Assembly: GCA_949878885.1 (NCBI GenBank)
Contig: CATLBN010000002.1
Coordinates: forward strand, 18,774-82,773
Length of the DNA stretch: 64,000 nucleotides
Reading direction: 5' to 3'
Origin: an uncultured Clostridia bacterium
GTDB lineage: Bacteria > Bacillota > Clostridia > Christensenellales > Borkfalkiaceae
Part shown: positions 10,835 to 19,115 of the stretch, piece after piece
Numbering within the stretch: position 1 is the stretch's first letter
Layout of the letters: each line of letters starts with the position of its first letter
Position numbers and translations under genes: made by a program
Notes under the pieces: model-generated
The model's input: the letters and a program-made list of their open reading frames with translations, nothing else
The model's database searches: none
Told to the model about the DNA's origin: nothing

Positions 10835-13453
10835 ATGATGGAAAAAACGTACAATCCAAAGCAATTCGAAGACAAATTGTATAAAGAGTGGGAGGAGCAA
10901 GGCTGTTTCAAAGCCGTGCGCGACGATAAAAAAGTACCGTTTACGGTAATGATGCCGCCGCCCAATATTACGGGGCAGCTTCATATGGGGCACGCTATGG
11001 ACGAAACTCTGCAAGACGTTATAGTGCGTTTTAAGCGTATGCAGGGTTATTGCGCGCTTTGGCTTCCAGGCACCGACCACGCCTCTATCGCAACCGAAGT
11101 TAAAGTTGTAGAACAAATAAAAGCGGAAGGACTGTCTAAGGAAAGCTTGGGCAGAGAAGCTTTTTTGGAGCGCGTTTGGCAGTGGAAAGACAAGTACAAC
11201 GCAAGAATAGTAAACCAGCTTAAAAAACTCGGTTCATCGTGCGATTGGTCGCGGCTTACTTTCACAATGGACGAAAAATGCTCTAAAGCCGTGCGCGAAG
11301 TTTTTGTAAATCTATACAATAAAAAACTTATTTACAGAGGCAGCCGTATAATAAATTGGTGCCCCTGCTGTAAAACCGCGCTTTCGGACGCGGAGGTAAA
11401 CTATTCGGAAGAAGACGGATTTTTCTGGCACATTAAGTATCCCGTTGAGGGCGAAGATGCGTTTTTGGAAGTTGCCACTACCCGTCCCGAAACTATGTTC
11501 GGAGATACTGCGGTTGCGGTTAATCCCGCCGACGGACGCTACAAGCGTTTTATAGGCAAAAACGTGCTTTTACCCGTTTTGAATAAACCTATACCCGTTG
11601 TGGGCGACGAACACGCGGATATGCAGTTTGGCACGGGCTGCGTAAAAATTACTCCGGCACACGACCCTAACGACTTTGAAGTAGGGTTAAGGCACAACCT
11701 TCCCGTAGTCCGCGTTATGAACGACGACGGCACTATGAACGAACTTGCCGGCGAATATTGCGGACTTGACAGATACGATTGCAGAGAACGGCTTGTTGAA
11801 AAACTGAAACAGGAAAATCTTTTGGTTAAAGTTCGTCCGCACGTGCACAACGTAGGGCATTGTTACAGATGCGGCGCAACCGTAGAGCCTATTGTATCCA
11901 AACAGTGGTTTGTTAAAATGGAAAAGCTTGCCCGTCCGGCAATCGACGCGGTTATAGATAAAAAGGTTACCTTCGTACCCGAACGTTTTGCAAAAATTTA
12001 TTATAATTGGATGGAGAACGTAAAAGATTGGTGCATTTCGCGTCAGCTTTGGTGGGGGCACCGCATTCCGGTTTGGTATTGCCAAGACTGCGGAAAAGAG
12101 ATTTGCGCTAAGGTAGACCCCAATATATGCCCCGTTTGCGGCGGTAAAAGCCTATCTCAGGACGAGGACGTGTTGGATACTTGGTTTTCGTCCGCGCTGT
12201 GGCCGTTCTCAACGCTCGGCTTCCCTGAAGACACTTCCGATTTAGAATATTTTTATCCCGGCGACGTTTTGGTTACGGGTTACGACATAATATTTTTCTG
12301 GGTAGCCAGAATGATTTTTTCAGGCTTGGAGCATATGCGCAAAGTACCCTTCCGCGACGTGCTCATACACGGGCTTGTGCGCGACGAAAAGGGCAGAAAA
12401 ATGTCTAAATCGCTGGGCAACGGCGTAGACCCGTTGGAAGTTATAGAAAAATACGGCGCCGACAGCCTGCGCTTTTCGCTTTTGCAGGGCGTAGCTCCTG
12501 GAAACGATACGAGATATTCCGACGCAAAGGTAGAAGCCTGCGCCAACTTTATGAATAAAATCTGGAATGCAAGCCGTTTTGTAATTTCAAACGTAGAGGG
12601 CAAAACGGTTAAGCCTATATCGGAAGTAAAGCTGTCCCACGCGGATAAATGGATTATATCGCGCTTGCAGTCGGCAATCCGCGACGTAACGCTTGCGCTT
12701 AACAAATTCGAATTCGGCATTGCCTGCCAAACTATGTACGACTTTATGTGGTCGGACTTCTGCGATTGGTATATAGAATTGGTTAAACCCGTACTATACG
12801 GCGGCGACGAGGTTAAACGCGCTGCGGCGGAGTCGGTTTTAACTTTTGTTTTGCAAAACGCTTTAAAACTTTTACATCCGTTTATACCGTTTGTAACCGA
12901 CGAAATTTACCGCTATATACCGGGCACAAACGGCACTGTAATGACTCAGGAATTTCCTCGTTACAACTCAAAACTTACCTATAAAAAAGACGCGCAGGCT
13001 TTCGGCGGAATAACCGAAATAATCAAAGCCGTGCGCGCGGCAAAAACCGAACTTGACTGTCCGCCGTCGCGCAAAGTCAGCTTGTATATAGTAACCGAAA
13101 GCAAACGCCTTATTTCTGCAAATCAAGAAAGTATTTTAAAACTTGCAGGCGCAAAAGAAATCAATTTTATAACCGAAGCCGGCGAAGCGGGCGAAAAAGT
13201 TGTTACAAAAGTAGTTTCCTTGGGTACGCTTTATATGCCTATGGGCGACCTTGTGGATTTGGAAAAAGAAAAAATAAGGCTTGAAGGCGAACTTGAAAAA
13301 GTAACCGCCGAAATACGCCGTGCAGACGGTAAACTTAACAATCAGGGCTTCGTTTCAAAAGCGCCCAAAAAGCTTATAGACGAGGAGCGCGCCAAATTGG
13401 ATAAGTATATAGAAATGCGTCAAAAAATTGTAAATCAACTTAAAACTCTGTGA
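10835..13453 (+). CDS. valS: valine--tRNA ligase
   Basis: 872 aa. Class I HIGH-type motif PNITGQLHMGHA, KMSKS motif, C-terminal coiled coil. Confidence 0.97.
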   Translation: MMEKTYNPKQFEDKLYKEWEEQGCFKAVRDDKKVPFTVMMPPPNITGQLHMGHAMDETLQDVIVRFKRMQGYCALWLPGTDHASIATEVKVVEQIKAEGLSKESLGREAFLERVWQWKDKYNARIVNQLKKLGSSCDWSRLTFTMDEKCSKAVREVFVNLYNKKLIYRGSRIINWCPCCKTALSDAEVNYSEEDGFFWHIKYPVEGEDAFLEVATTRPETMFGDTAVAVNPADGRYKRFIGKNVLLPVLNKPIPVVGDEHADMQFGTGCVKITPAHDPNDFEVGLRHNLPVVRVMNDDGTMNELAGEYCGLDRYDCRERLVEKLKQENLLVKVRPHVHNVGHCYRCGATVEPIVSKQWFVKMEKLARPAIDAVIDKKVTFVPERFAKIYYNWMENVKDWCISRQLWWGHRIPVWYCQDCGKEICAKVDPNICPVCGGKSLSQDEDVLDTWFSSALWPFSTLGFPEDTSDLEYFYPGDVLVTGYDIIFFWVARMIFSGLEHMRKVPFRDVLIHGLVRDEKGRKMSKSLGNGVDPLEVIEKYGADSLRFSLLQGVAPGNDTRYSDAKVEACANFMNKIWNASRFVISNVEGKTVKPISEVKLSHADKWIISRLQSAIRDVTLALNKFEFGIACQTMYDFMWSDFCDWYIELVKPVLYGGDEVKRAAAESVLTFVLQNALKLLHPFIPFVTDEIYRYIPGTNGTVMTQEFPRYNSKLTYKKDAQAFGGITEIIKAVRAAKTELDCPPSRKVSLYIVTESKRLISANQESILKLAGAKEINFITEAGEAGEKVVTKVVSLGTLYMPMGDLVDLEKEKIRLEGELEKVTAEIRRADGKLNNQGFVSKAPKKLIDEERAKLDKYIEMRQKIVNQLKTL

Positions 13454-13475
13454 TATTACGGGGGCAACTGCATAA

Positions 13476-14801
13476 ATGGCTAATAATCGTTCTTACAAAA
13501 GGCGGGCAAAAAAAGCTTATAAAACCGCTAAAAAATATCCTAAACTTATTGCTGCGTTACTTGCGCTTATAGTGCTTGCTGCAGCCGCATTTTTAATCGG
13601 TTGGGTAATTCGCCCCGATATATACCACAATTACCTCAATTTGGGCGAACATAAATGGACCGAGTGGCAAACCGTAAAGGCTGCAACTTGCGGTAACGGC
13701 AGTAAAATGCGCGAGTGCGTGTATTGCGGCGAAACGGAAGACGATATAATAAAAGGTACGGGCAATCATACCGTTGACGAACAAACGGGTATCTGCACGG
13801 TATGTTCATACAACAGTCGCGCACAGCAGCTTTCCGTTCACTTTTTAGAACTCGGCAACAAATACACGGGCGACTGCACGCTGATAAAATGCGGAAATAC
13901 CGAAGTGCTTATCGACGCAGGCTCACGTAAGGACAGCGCGGCAACCGTTAAAGCATATGTGGACCAATATTGCGAAGACGGCGTTTTGGAATACGTTATT
14001 GCAACTCACGCCCATCAGGACCATATTGCAGGCTTTGTGGGTTCTTCGGTAAAAAACGGTACGCGCACGGGAATTTTATATCAATATAAAATAGGCACCA
14101 TTATTCAGTTTGCGGGTACAAATTCGACTACTGCCATTTATCAGGATTATTTAAAAGCCGTAGAATACGCAAAAGGCAGAGGAGCGGAGGTGTACACGGC
14201 AAAGCAGTGTTGGTATCAAACCGACGGGGCGCAAAAACAATATTTTCTGGACGAAGCAAAAACAGTTTCCTTGAATATTTTATATCAGCGCTATTACGAA
14301 GAAAGTACAAAAGACGAAAACGATTATTCTGTTTGTACGCTGCTGACTCAGAATTTGGGCGCACAATCTTTAAATTATCTGTTTACGGGCGATTTGGAAA
14401 AGGACGGGGAAAGCAGTCTTGTCGATAACAATAAACTTCCGCAGGTAGAGCTTTTTAAAGGCGGACATCACGGCAGCTACACGGCAAGCACTCAAAAGCT
14501 AATAAACGTAATCAAACCTAAAAACGTTGCGGTTTGCTGTTGCTGCGGCACAACCGAATACACCGAAAATTTAAACAATACTTTCCCTGCGCAGGCGTTT
14601 ATAGACAGGATTTCGGTACATACGGAAAACATTTACTGCACAACGCTTATGCTCGACTATAAAAAAGGACTGTTTCAATCAATGAACGGAAACATCGTTT
14701 TTTATACGGAAAACGGCGAGCTTAAAGTTGACTGCTCCAACAACAACACGGTGTTAAAGGATACCGAGTGGTTTAAAAACAACCGCGTTTGGAACGCTTA
14801 A
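13476..14801 (+). CDS. membrane-anchored MBL-fold metallo-hydrolase (ComEC C-terminal-domain-like) with a Cys-rich N-proximal module
   Basis: 441 aa. Lys-rich N-terminus and one TM helix. Cys-rich segment TCGNGSKMRECVYCGE...GICTVCS. MBL motif HAHQDHIAG. Confidence 0.7.
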   Translation: MANNRSYKRRAKKAYKTAKKYPKLIAALLALIVLAAAAFLIGWVIRPDIYHNYLNLGEHKWTEWQTVKAATCGNGSKMRECVYCGETEDDIIKGTGNHTVDEQTGICTVCSYNSRAQQLSVHFLELGNKYTGDCTLIKCGNTEVLIDAGSRKDSAATVKAYVDQYCEDGVLEYVIATHAHQDHIAGFVGSSVKNGTRTGILYQYKIGTIIQFAGTNSTTAIYQDYLKAVEYAKGRGAEVYTAKQCWYQTDGAQKQYFLDEAKTVSLNILYQRYYEESTKDENDYSVCTLLTQNLGAQSLNYLFTGDLEKDGESSLVDNNKLPQVELFKGGHHGSYTASTQKLINVIKPKNVAVCCCCGTTEYTENLNNTFPAQAFIDRISVHTENIYCTTLMLDYKKGLFQSMNGNIVFYTENGELKVDCSNNNTVLKDTEWFKNNRVWNA

Positions 14802-14812
14802 AATTAATTAAA

Positions 14813-14850
14813 ACGGCGGAGCTAACGTTAACTCTCCGCCGTTTCTTTAT
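14813..14850 (+). terminator. rho-independent terminator
   Basis: Stem acggcggag/ctccgccgt (14813-14821 / 14834-14842) followed by ttctttat. Confidence 0.6.
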
Positions 14851-14875
14851 AATCGTTACATTAATAAGGTAAATT

Positions 14876-16069
14876 ATGTTTGCGCTTTTAATAGCAATTA
14901 TTTACGTAAGTTTTATAAGTTTGGGCTTGCCCGATTCGCTGCTCGGCGCGGCTTGGCCCGTTATGCGTGCGCAGTTTGACGTGCCGCTGTCTTTTGCCGG
15001 CATTATATCTATGATAATCTGCGCTTGCACGGTAATATCAAGTCTTTTAAGCGAAAGATTAACTAAAAAATTAGGAACGGGTTTGGTTACGGCAATAAGC
15101 GTAACGATAACGGCGGTTTCGCTTTTTCTTTTTTCAATAAGCACAAGGTTTTGGATGCTTATAATTTTTGCCGTTCCCTACGGTTTGGGCGCAGGAGGAG
15201 TAGACGCTTCGCTAAACAACTACGTAGCTTTGCACCTTAAAGCCCGTCATATGAGCTGGCTTCACTGTATGTGGGGCGTGGGCGCGGCGGTAAGTCCGTA
15301 TATTATGAGCTATGCGCTAACGGACGGCACGGGTTGGAATCAGGGTTATTTAATAGTTGCCGTAATTCAAATTTGTCTGTCCGCAATTCTGTTTATAAGT
15401 CTTCCGCTATGGAAAAAGTTTAAAAATTCGTCCGCTTTGCAAAGTTCGGATGCGGAAAGTTTCGAGCCGTCGGAAAAAGCTCCGCCGCTGTCTTTAAAAA
15501 AGATTTTTTCCATTAAGGGAGCGGCGGCTTGTTTTATATGTTTTTTCTGTTATTGCGCGTTAGAGCAAACGGCAATGCTTTGGGCAAGCAGCTATATGAT
15601 AAGCCACGTTAATTTTTCGGCTGAAACCGCCGCAAAATACGCAAGTCTGTTTTTTATAGGCATAACGGCAGGGCGCGGAATAAACGGTTTTTTAACGCTT
15701 AAATTTTCCGATAAATGGCTTATAAGGTTTGGACTTCTGCTTATATTAACGGGTATTATTTTTATATCCGTGCCGCAATATGCCGTGTTTACCGTTATAG
15801 GCTTTGTAATTACGGGCTTGGGCTGCGCGCCTGTATATCCGTGCATAATACATATGACGCCTTCGCTTTTCGGTAAGCAAAATTCACAGGCAATGATAGG
15901 CGTTCAAATGGCAAGCGCCTATCTCGGTTCGTGCTTTGCGCCGCCCGTTTACGGACTTATAGCCAACCGCATTGCTCCGTGGGCGCTGCCTATATACCTT
16001 GCCGTATTTCTTGCCGTAATGGTTATTACGCACGAGCTGGTTGTTGCAAAAACAAAAATAAAACAATAA
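14876..16069 (+). CDS. MFS transporter
   Basis: 397 aa, 12 predicted TM helices in a 6+6 arrangement with a central hydrophilic loop. Confidence 0.8.
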   Translation: MFALLIAIIYVSFISLGLPDSLLGAAWPVMRAQFDVPLSFAGIISMIICACTVISSLLSERLTKKLGTGLVTAISVTITAVSLFLFSISTRFWMLIIFAVPYGLGAGGVDASLNNYVALHLKARHMSWLHCMWGVGAAVSPYIMSYALTDGTGWNQGYLIVAVIQICLSAILFISLPLWKKFKNSSALQSSDAESFEPSEKAPPLSLKKIFSIKGAAACFICFFCYCALEQTAMLWASSYMISHVNFSAETAAKYASLFFIGITAGRGINGFLTLKFSDKWLIRFGLLLILTGIIFISVPQYAVFTVIGFVITGLGCAPVYPCIIHMTPSLFGKQNSQAMIGVQMASAYLGSCFAPPVYGLIANRIAPWALPIYLAVFLAVMVITHELVVAKTKIKQ

Positions 16070-16077
16070 CTTTATTA

Positions 16078-16110
16078 AAAGCTTCCCCAAGTCGGGAAGC
16101 TTTTTTATTT
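16078..16110 (+). terminator. rho-independent terminator after the MFS gene
   Basis: Stem gcttccc/gggaagc (16081-16087 / 16094-16100) followed by ttttttatttt. Confidence 0.75.
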
Positions 16111-16165
16111 TGTATTATTTAAGCGTAAAATGCACAAAACTTTATATAATAGGGAAAATAAAACA

Positions 16166-16189
16166 TTAATTTTATAATTAATTTTATAA
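16166..16189. repeat. perfect 12-bp tandem duplication TTAATTTTATAA x2 upstream of the glycan-operon promoter
   Basis: 16166-16177 and 16178-16189 are identical. Located 23 nt upstream of the -35 element. Confidence 0.8.
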
Positions 16190-16211
16190 CGTAAAAAATA
16201 TTAATATTTTA

Positions 16212-16240
16212 TTGCATTTACACACGTATTGTTGTATAAT
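16212..16240 (+). promoter_or_regulatory. sigma-A promoter of the glycan operon
   Basis: TTGCAT (16212-16217), 17-nt spacer, TATAAT (16235-16240), inside a 190-nt very AT-rich spacer. Confidence 0.6.
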
Positions 16241-16297
16241 TAAAAAGTATAAAGTAATGTTATGCCGTTTGGCAGTTAAAGGGATAAAATTTATTAT

Positions 16298-17500
16298 ATG
16301 AACATTAAATTTTCGCCGCCGGATATTTCGGAACTCGAAGTTCAAGAAGTTATAAATGCATTAAAATCCGGTTGGATTACTACGGGACCCAGAACAAAGG
16401 AACTTGAAAAACAAGTTGCTTCATACTGTGGTGTAAATCGTGCCGTTTGCTTAAATTCGCAAACCGCTTGCGCGGAGATGGCTTTAAGACTGTTGGGAGT
16501 AAGCGAAGGCGACGAGGTTATAACTTCCGCCTATACTTATACGGCGTCGGCTTCCGTCATTTGTCATACAGGCGCAAAAGTTGTTTTGGTTGATACGCAA
16601 GCAGATAGCTTGGAAATGGACTACGAGCAGCTTAAAAAAGCCATTACCGAAAAAACAAAAGTTATTATACCTGTGGATTTGGCGGGAATTCCGTGCGATT
16701 ACAGTAAAATATTTGATATTGTCGAACATAAGAAAAAATTATTTAAACCTGCTAACGGAATTCAAAAAGCTTTTAACCGCATAATAGTTTTAGCGGATAC
16801 CGCTCACGCGTTCGGAGCGGAACGTAACGGTAAAATGGTTGGCAGTATTGCGGATTTTTCCGCATTTTCGTTTCACGCCGTTAAAAACTTTACTACTGCC
16901 GAAGGCGGTGCTTTAACGTGGCGTGATATAAAAGGGATTGATAACGAAGAAATTTATCATAAGTTGCAACTATTGTCTTTGCACGGTCAATCAAAAGACG
17001 CACTTGCAAAAAACCAGCTCGGCGCTTGGGAGTACGATATACAAGGTACGTGGTATAAATGCAATATGACGGATATTGCGGCTGCAATGGGGCTTGCCCA
17101 AATGAAGCGTTATCCTAATATACTGAAACGCAGAAAAGAAATTATCGAAAAATACGATGCCGCTTTTAAGCCGCTCGGCGTTAAGGTTTTAAACCATTAT
17201 TCGGACGGTTACAGTTCTTCGGGGCATCTGTATATTACAAGAATACCCGAAATTACGGTTGAACAGCGAAACGCGATAATAACAAAAATGGCTGAGCGCG
17301 GCGTTGCTTGCAACGTTCATTATAAGCCGTTGCCAATGCATACGGCATATAAAAATTTGGGATTTAATATAAAAGACTTTCCAAATGCGTATAAAAATTA
17401 TTCAAACGAAATTACGTTGCCGTTGCATACTTGTCTGACTGACGAAGAAGTGGAATACGTAATTAAAAATTATTTGGATATAATAAGTGAATACTTATAA
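16298..17500 (+). CDS. DegT/DnrJ/EryC1/StrS-family PLP-dependent sugar aminotransferase (ArnB/WcfR-like, probable 4-aminotransferase)
   Basis: 400 aa. N-terminal SPPDISELEVQEVINALKSGWITTGPRTKELE closely resembles the ArnB type. PLP-lysine context FSFHAVKNFTTAEGGA. Confidence 0.85.
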   Translation: MNIKFSPPDISELEVQEVINALKSGWITTGPRTKELEKQVASYCGVNRAVCLNSQTACAEMALRLLGVSEGDEVITSAYTYTASASVICHTGAKVVLVDTQADSLEMDYEQLKKAITEKTKVIIPVDLAGIPCDYSKIFDIVEHKKKLFKPANGIQKAFNRIIVLADTAHAFGAERNGKMVGSIADFSAFSFHAVKNFTTAEGGALTWRDIKGIDNEEIYHKLQLLSLHGQSKDALAKNQLGAWEYDIQGTWYKCNMTDIAAAMGLAQMKRYPNILKRRKEIIEKYDAAFKPLGVKVLNHYSDGYSSSGHLYITRIPEITVEQRNAIITKMAERGVACNVHYKPLPMHTAYKNLGFNIKDFPNAYKNYSNEITLPLHTCLTDEEVEYVIKNYLDIISEYL

Positions 17501-17534
17501 AATAGTTAATACGTTTTAAATGGTGCTTTGACTA

Positions 17535-18326
17535 ATGAAAGAATTTTTTGAAAATCTTATTTCAACTTGGTGGGGAATACTTGCAATAAGTTTAATTTGC
17601 GTATTTGTTTGGATTTTGCTTTCGGCATTATTGTATAAACAGTTTTTTAAACGCTTTTACGATATAGTACTGTCGTTTTTCGGAATTATAGTTTTTGCCT
17701 TGCCTATGGTTATTATAGCTATCGCGGTAAAATGCGACAGTAAGGGACCTGCAGTTTTCAAAACGGAACGCGTAGGCAAAAATTGCAAGCCGTTCAAATT
17801 TTATAAATTCAGAAGTATGTCTACCGAAGCTCCCAAAGATTGCGCGCCCAGACTTTTAAATTCACAGGCATATATTACAAAGGTCGGTAAATTTTTAAGA
17901 AAATCCAGTTTGGACGAGCTTCCTCAAATGTTTTGCATTTTTGTCGGCGGAATGTCTATTATCGGACCAAGACCGTGCGGCTTTTCGGAAAAAGATTTAA
18001 TAGACGCAAGGGAAAAATATAACGCAAATTCCGTTAAGCCGGGGCTTACGGGATTGGCGCAAATCAACGGCAGAGACGTTTTGGCTCAGGACGTTGAAAA
18101 AAAAGCTTATTATGACGGCGAATACGTAAAAAATATAACGCTTTGGGGCGATTTGAAAATATTCTTTAAAACCATAGGCAAAGTATTAAAACGCGACGGT
18201 ATAAAAGAAGGACAGGCGGTAAAACCTCAAACCGAAAAAAGCGATAACATAAATGAATTAAGCGCCGAACAAAACGAGTGCGATACACAGTTAAAAAACG
18301 CGGAGGATAAGGATAATAATTCTTGA
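17535..18326 (+). CDS. small bacterial sugar transferase (initiating phosphoglycosyl transferase, PglC/WcfS/EpsL-like)
   Basis: 263 aa. Hydrophobic N-terminal helices, then PAVFKTERVGKNCKPFKFYKFRSM, DELPQ, GPRP and PGLTGLAQI motifs. Low-complexity acidic C-terminal tail. Confidence 0.88.
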   Translation: MKEFFENLISTWWGILAISLICVFVWILLSALLYKQFFKRFYDIVLSFFGIIVFALPMVIIAIAVKCDSKGPAVFKTERVGKNCKPFKFYKFRSMSTEAPKDCAPRLLNSQAYITKVGKFLRKSSLDELPQMFCIFVGGMSIIGPRPCGFSEKDLIDAREKYNANSVKPGLTGLAQINGRDVLAQDVEKKAYYDGEYVKNITLWGDLKIFFKTIGKVLKRDGIKEGQAVKPQTEKSDNINELSAEQNECDTQLKNAEDKDNNS

Positions 18327-19108
18327 GTTATATGGAAACAAAAGAAAAGCTTAACGGAGAGGAACTTGTATCCGTAATAATGCCTAATTACAACGGCGGA
18401 AAATTTATAAAACACGCCGTTAACAGCGTTATTAATCAAACGTATAAAAATTGGGAACTTATTTTCGTTGACGATTGTTCAACGGATAATTCCTTAGAGA
18501 TAATAGAAGAACTGCGGCAGCAAGACAAAAGAATTAAAGTATATAAAAATTCTGAAAATAAAGGCGCCGCAACGTCCAGAAATATAGCGTTGGAGCAAGC
18601 CTGCGGACGTTTTGTTGCGTTTTTGGACGCCGACGATATGTGGTATTCCGATAAATTGAATCAACAACTGGCGTTTATGCGGCAAAACGACGTTGCGTTT
18701 TGCTGCACTGCTTACGAGGTAATCGACGCGGAAGGCAACAAAACTTCGGACTACTTTCCCAAAAAAGAAATTTTCGGATATAAAGATATTTTAAAACACA
18801 ATTCAATAGGCTGTCTTACCGTAATATTCGATTTAAATAAAATAAGCGACGTAACAATGCCTATAGAAGCCGCCCGCAGAGAAGACCACGCCTGCTGGCT
18901 GAAAATTTTGCGCACGGGCGTTAAAGCTTATTGTTTAAATAAAATTTTATCCTCTTACAGAGTGCACCAATCGGTTTCTTACAATAAACGCAAAATGGTA
19001 AAGTATCAATGGAACGTTTATAAAAACGTAGAAAAACTCGGGTTTTTCAAATCGGTAAAATATATGCTGAGTTGGATGTGGTACGGATTTTTTAAATACA
19101 GAAAATAG
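18323..19108 (+). CDS. glycosyltransferase family 2
   Basis: 261 aa. VSVIMPNYNGGKFI..., DDCSTD and FLDADD motifs. TTG 18323 overlaps the upstream stop (TTGA); an alternative ATG lies at 18332. Confidence 0.88.
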   Translation: MSYMETKEKLNGEELVSVIMPNYNGGKFIKHAVNSVINQTYKNWELIFVDDCSTDNSLEIIEELRQQDKRIKVYKNSENKGAATSRNIALEQACGRFVAFLDADDMWYSDKLNQQLAFMRQNDVAFCCTAYEVIDAEGNKTSDYFPKKEIFGYKDILKHNSIGCLTVIFDLNKISDVTMPIEAARREDHACWLKILRTGVKAYCLNKILSSYRVHQSVSYNKRKMVKYQWNVYKNVEKLGFFKSVKYMLSWMWYGFFKYRK

Positions 19109-19115
19109 GTAAAGT

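Noticed and set aside
10733-11116. 128-codon N-terminal extension of the ABC binding-protein ORF (the ORF track lists 9695-11116)
   Set aside because: The extension runs antisense across the valS promoter and the first 280 nt of valS. It has no protein-like features. The recognisable lipoprotein signal peptide begins only at ATG 10732, so it is treated as a spurious open frame.
13476-14801. MBL-fold protein as a beta-lactamase
   Set aside because: The architecture (TM anchor, ComEC-C-terminal-like MBL domain, 441 aa) does not match class B beta-lactamases. Only the generic HxHxDH motif is shared.
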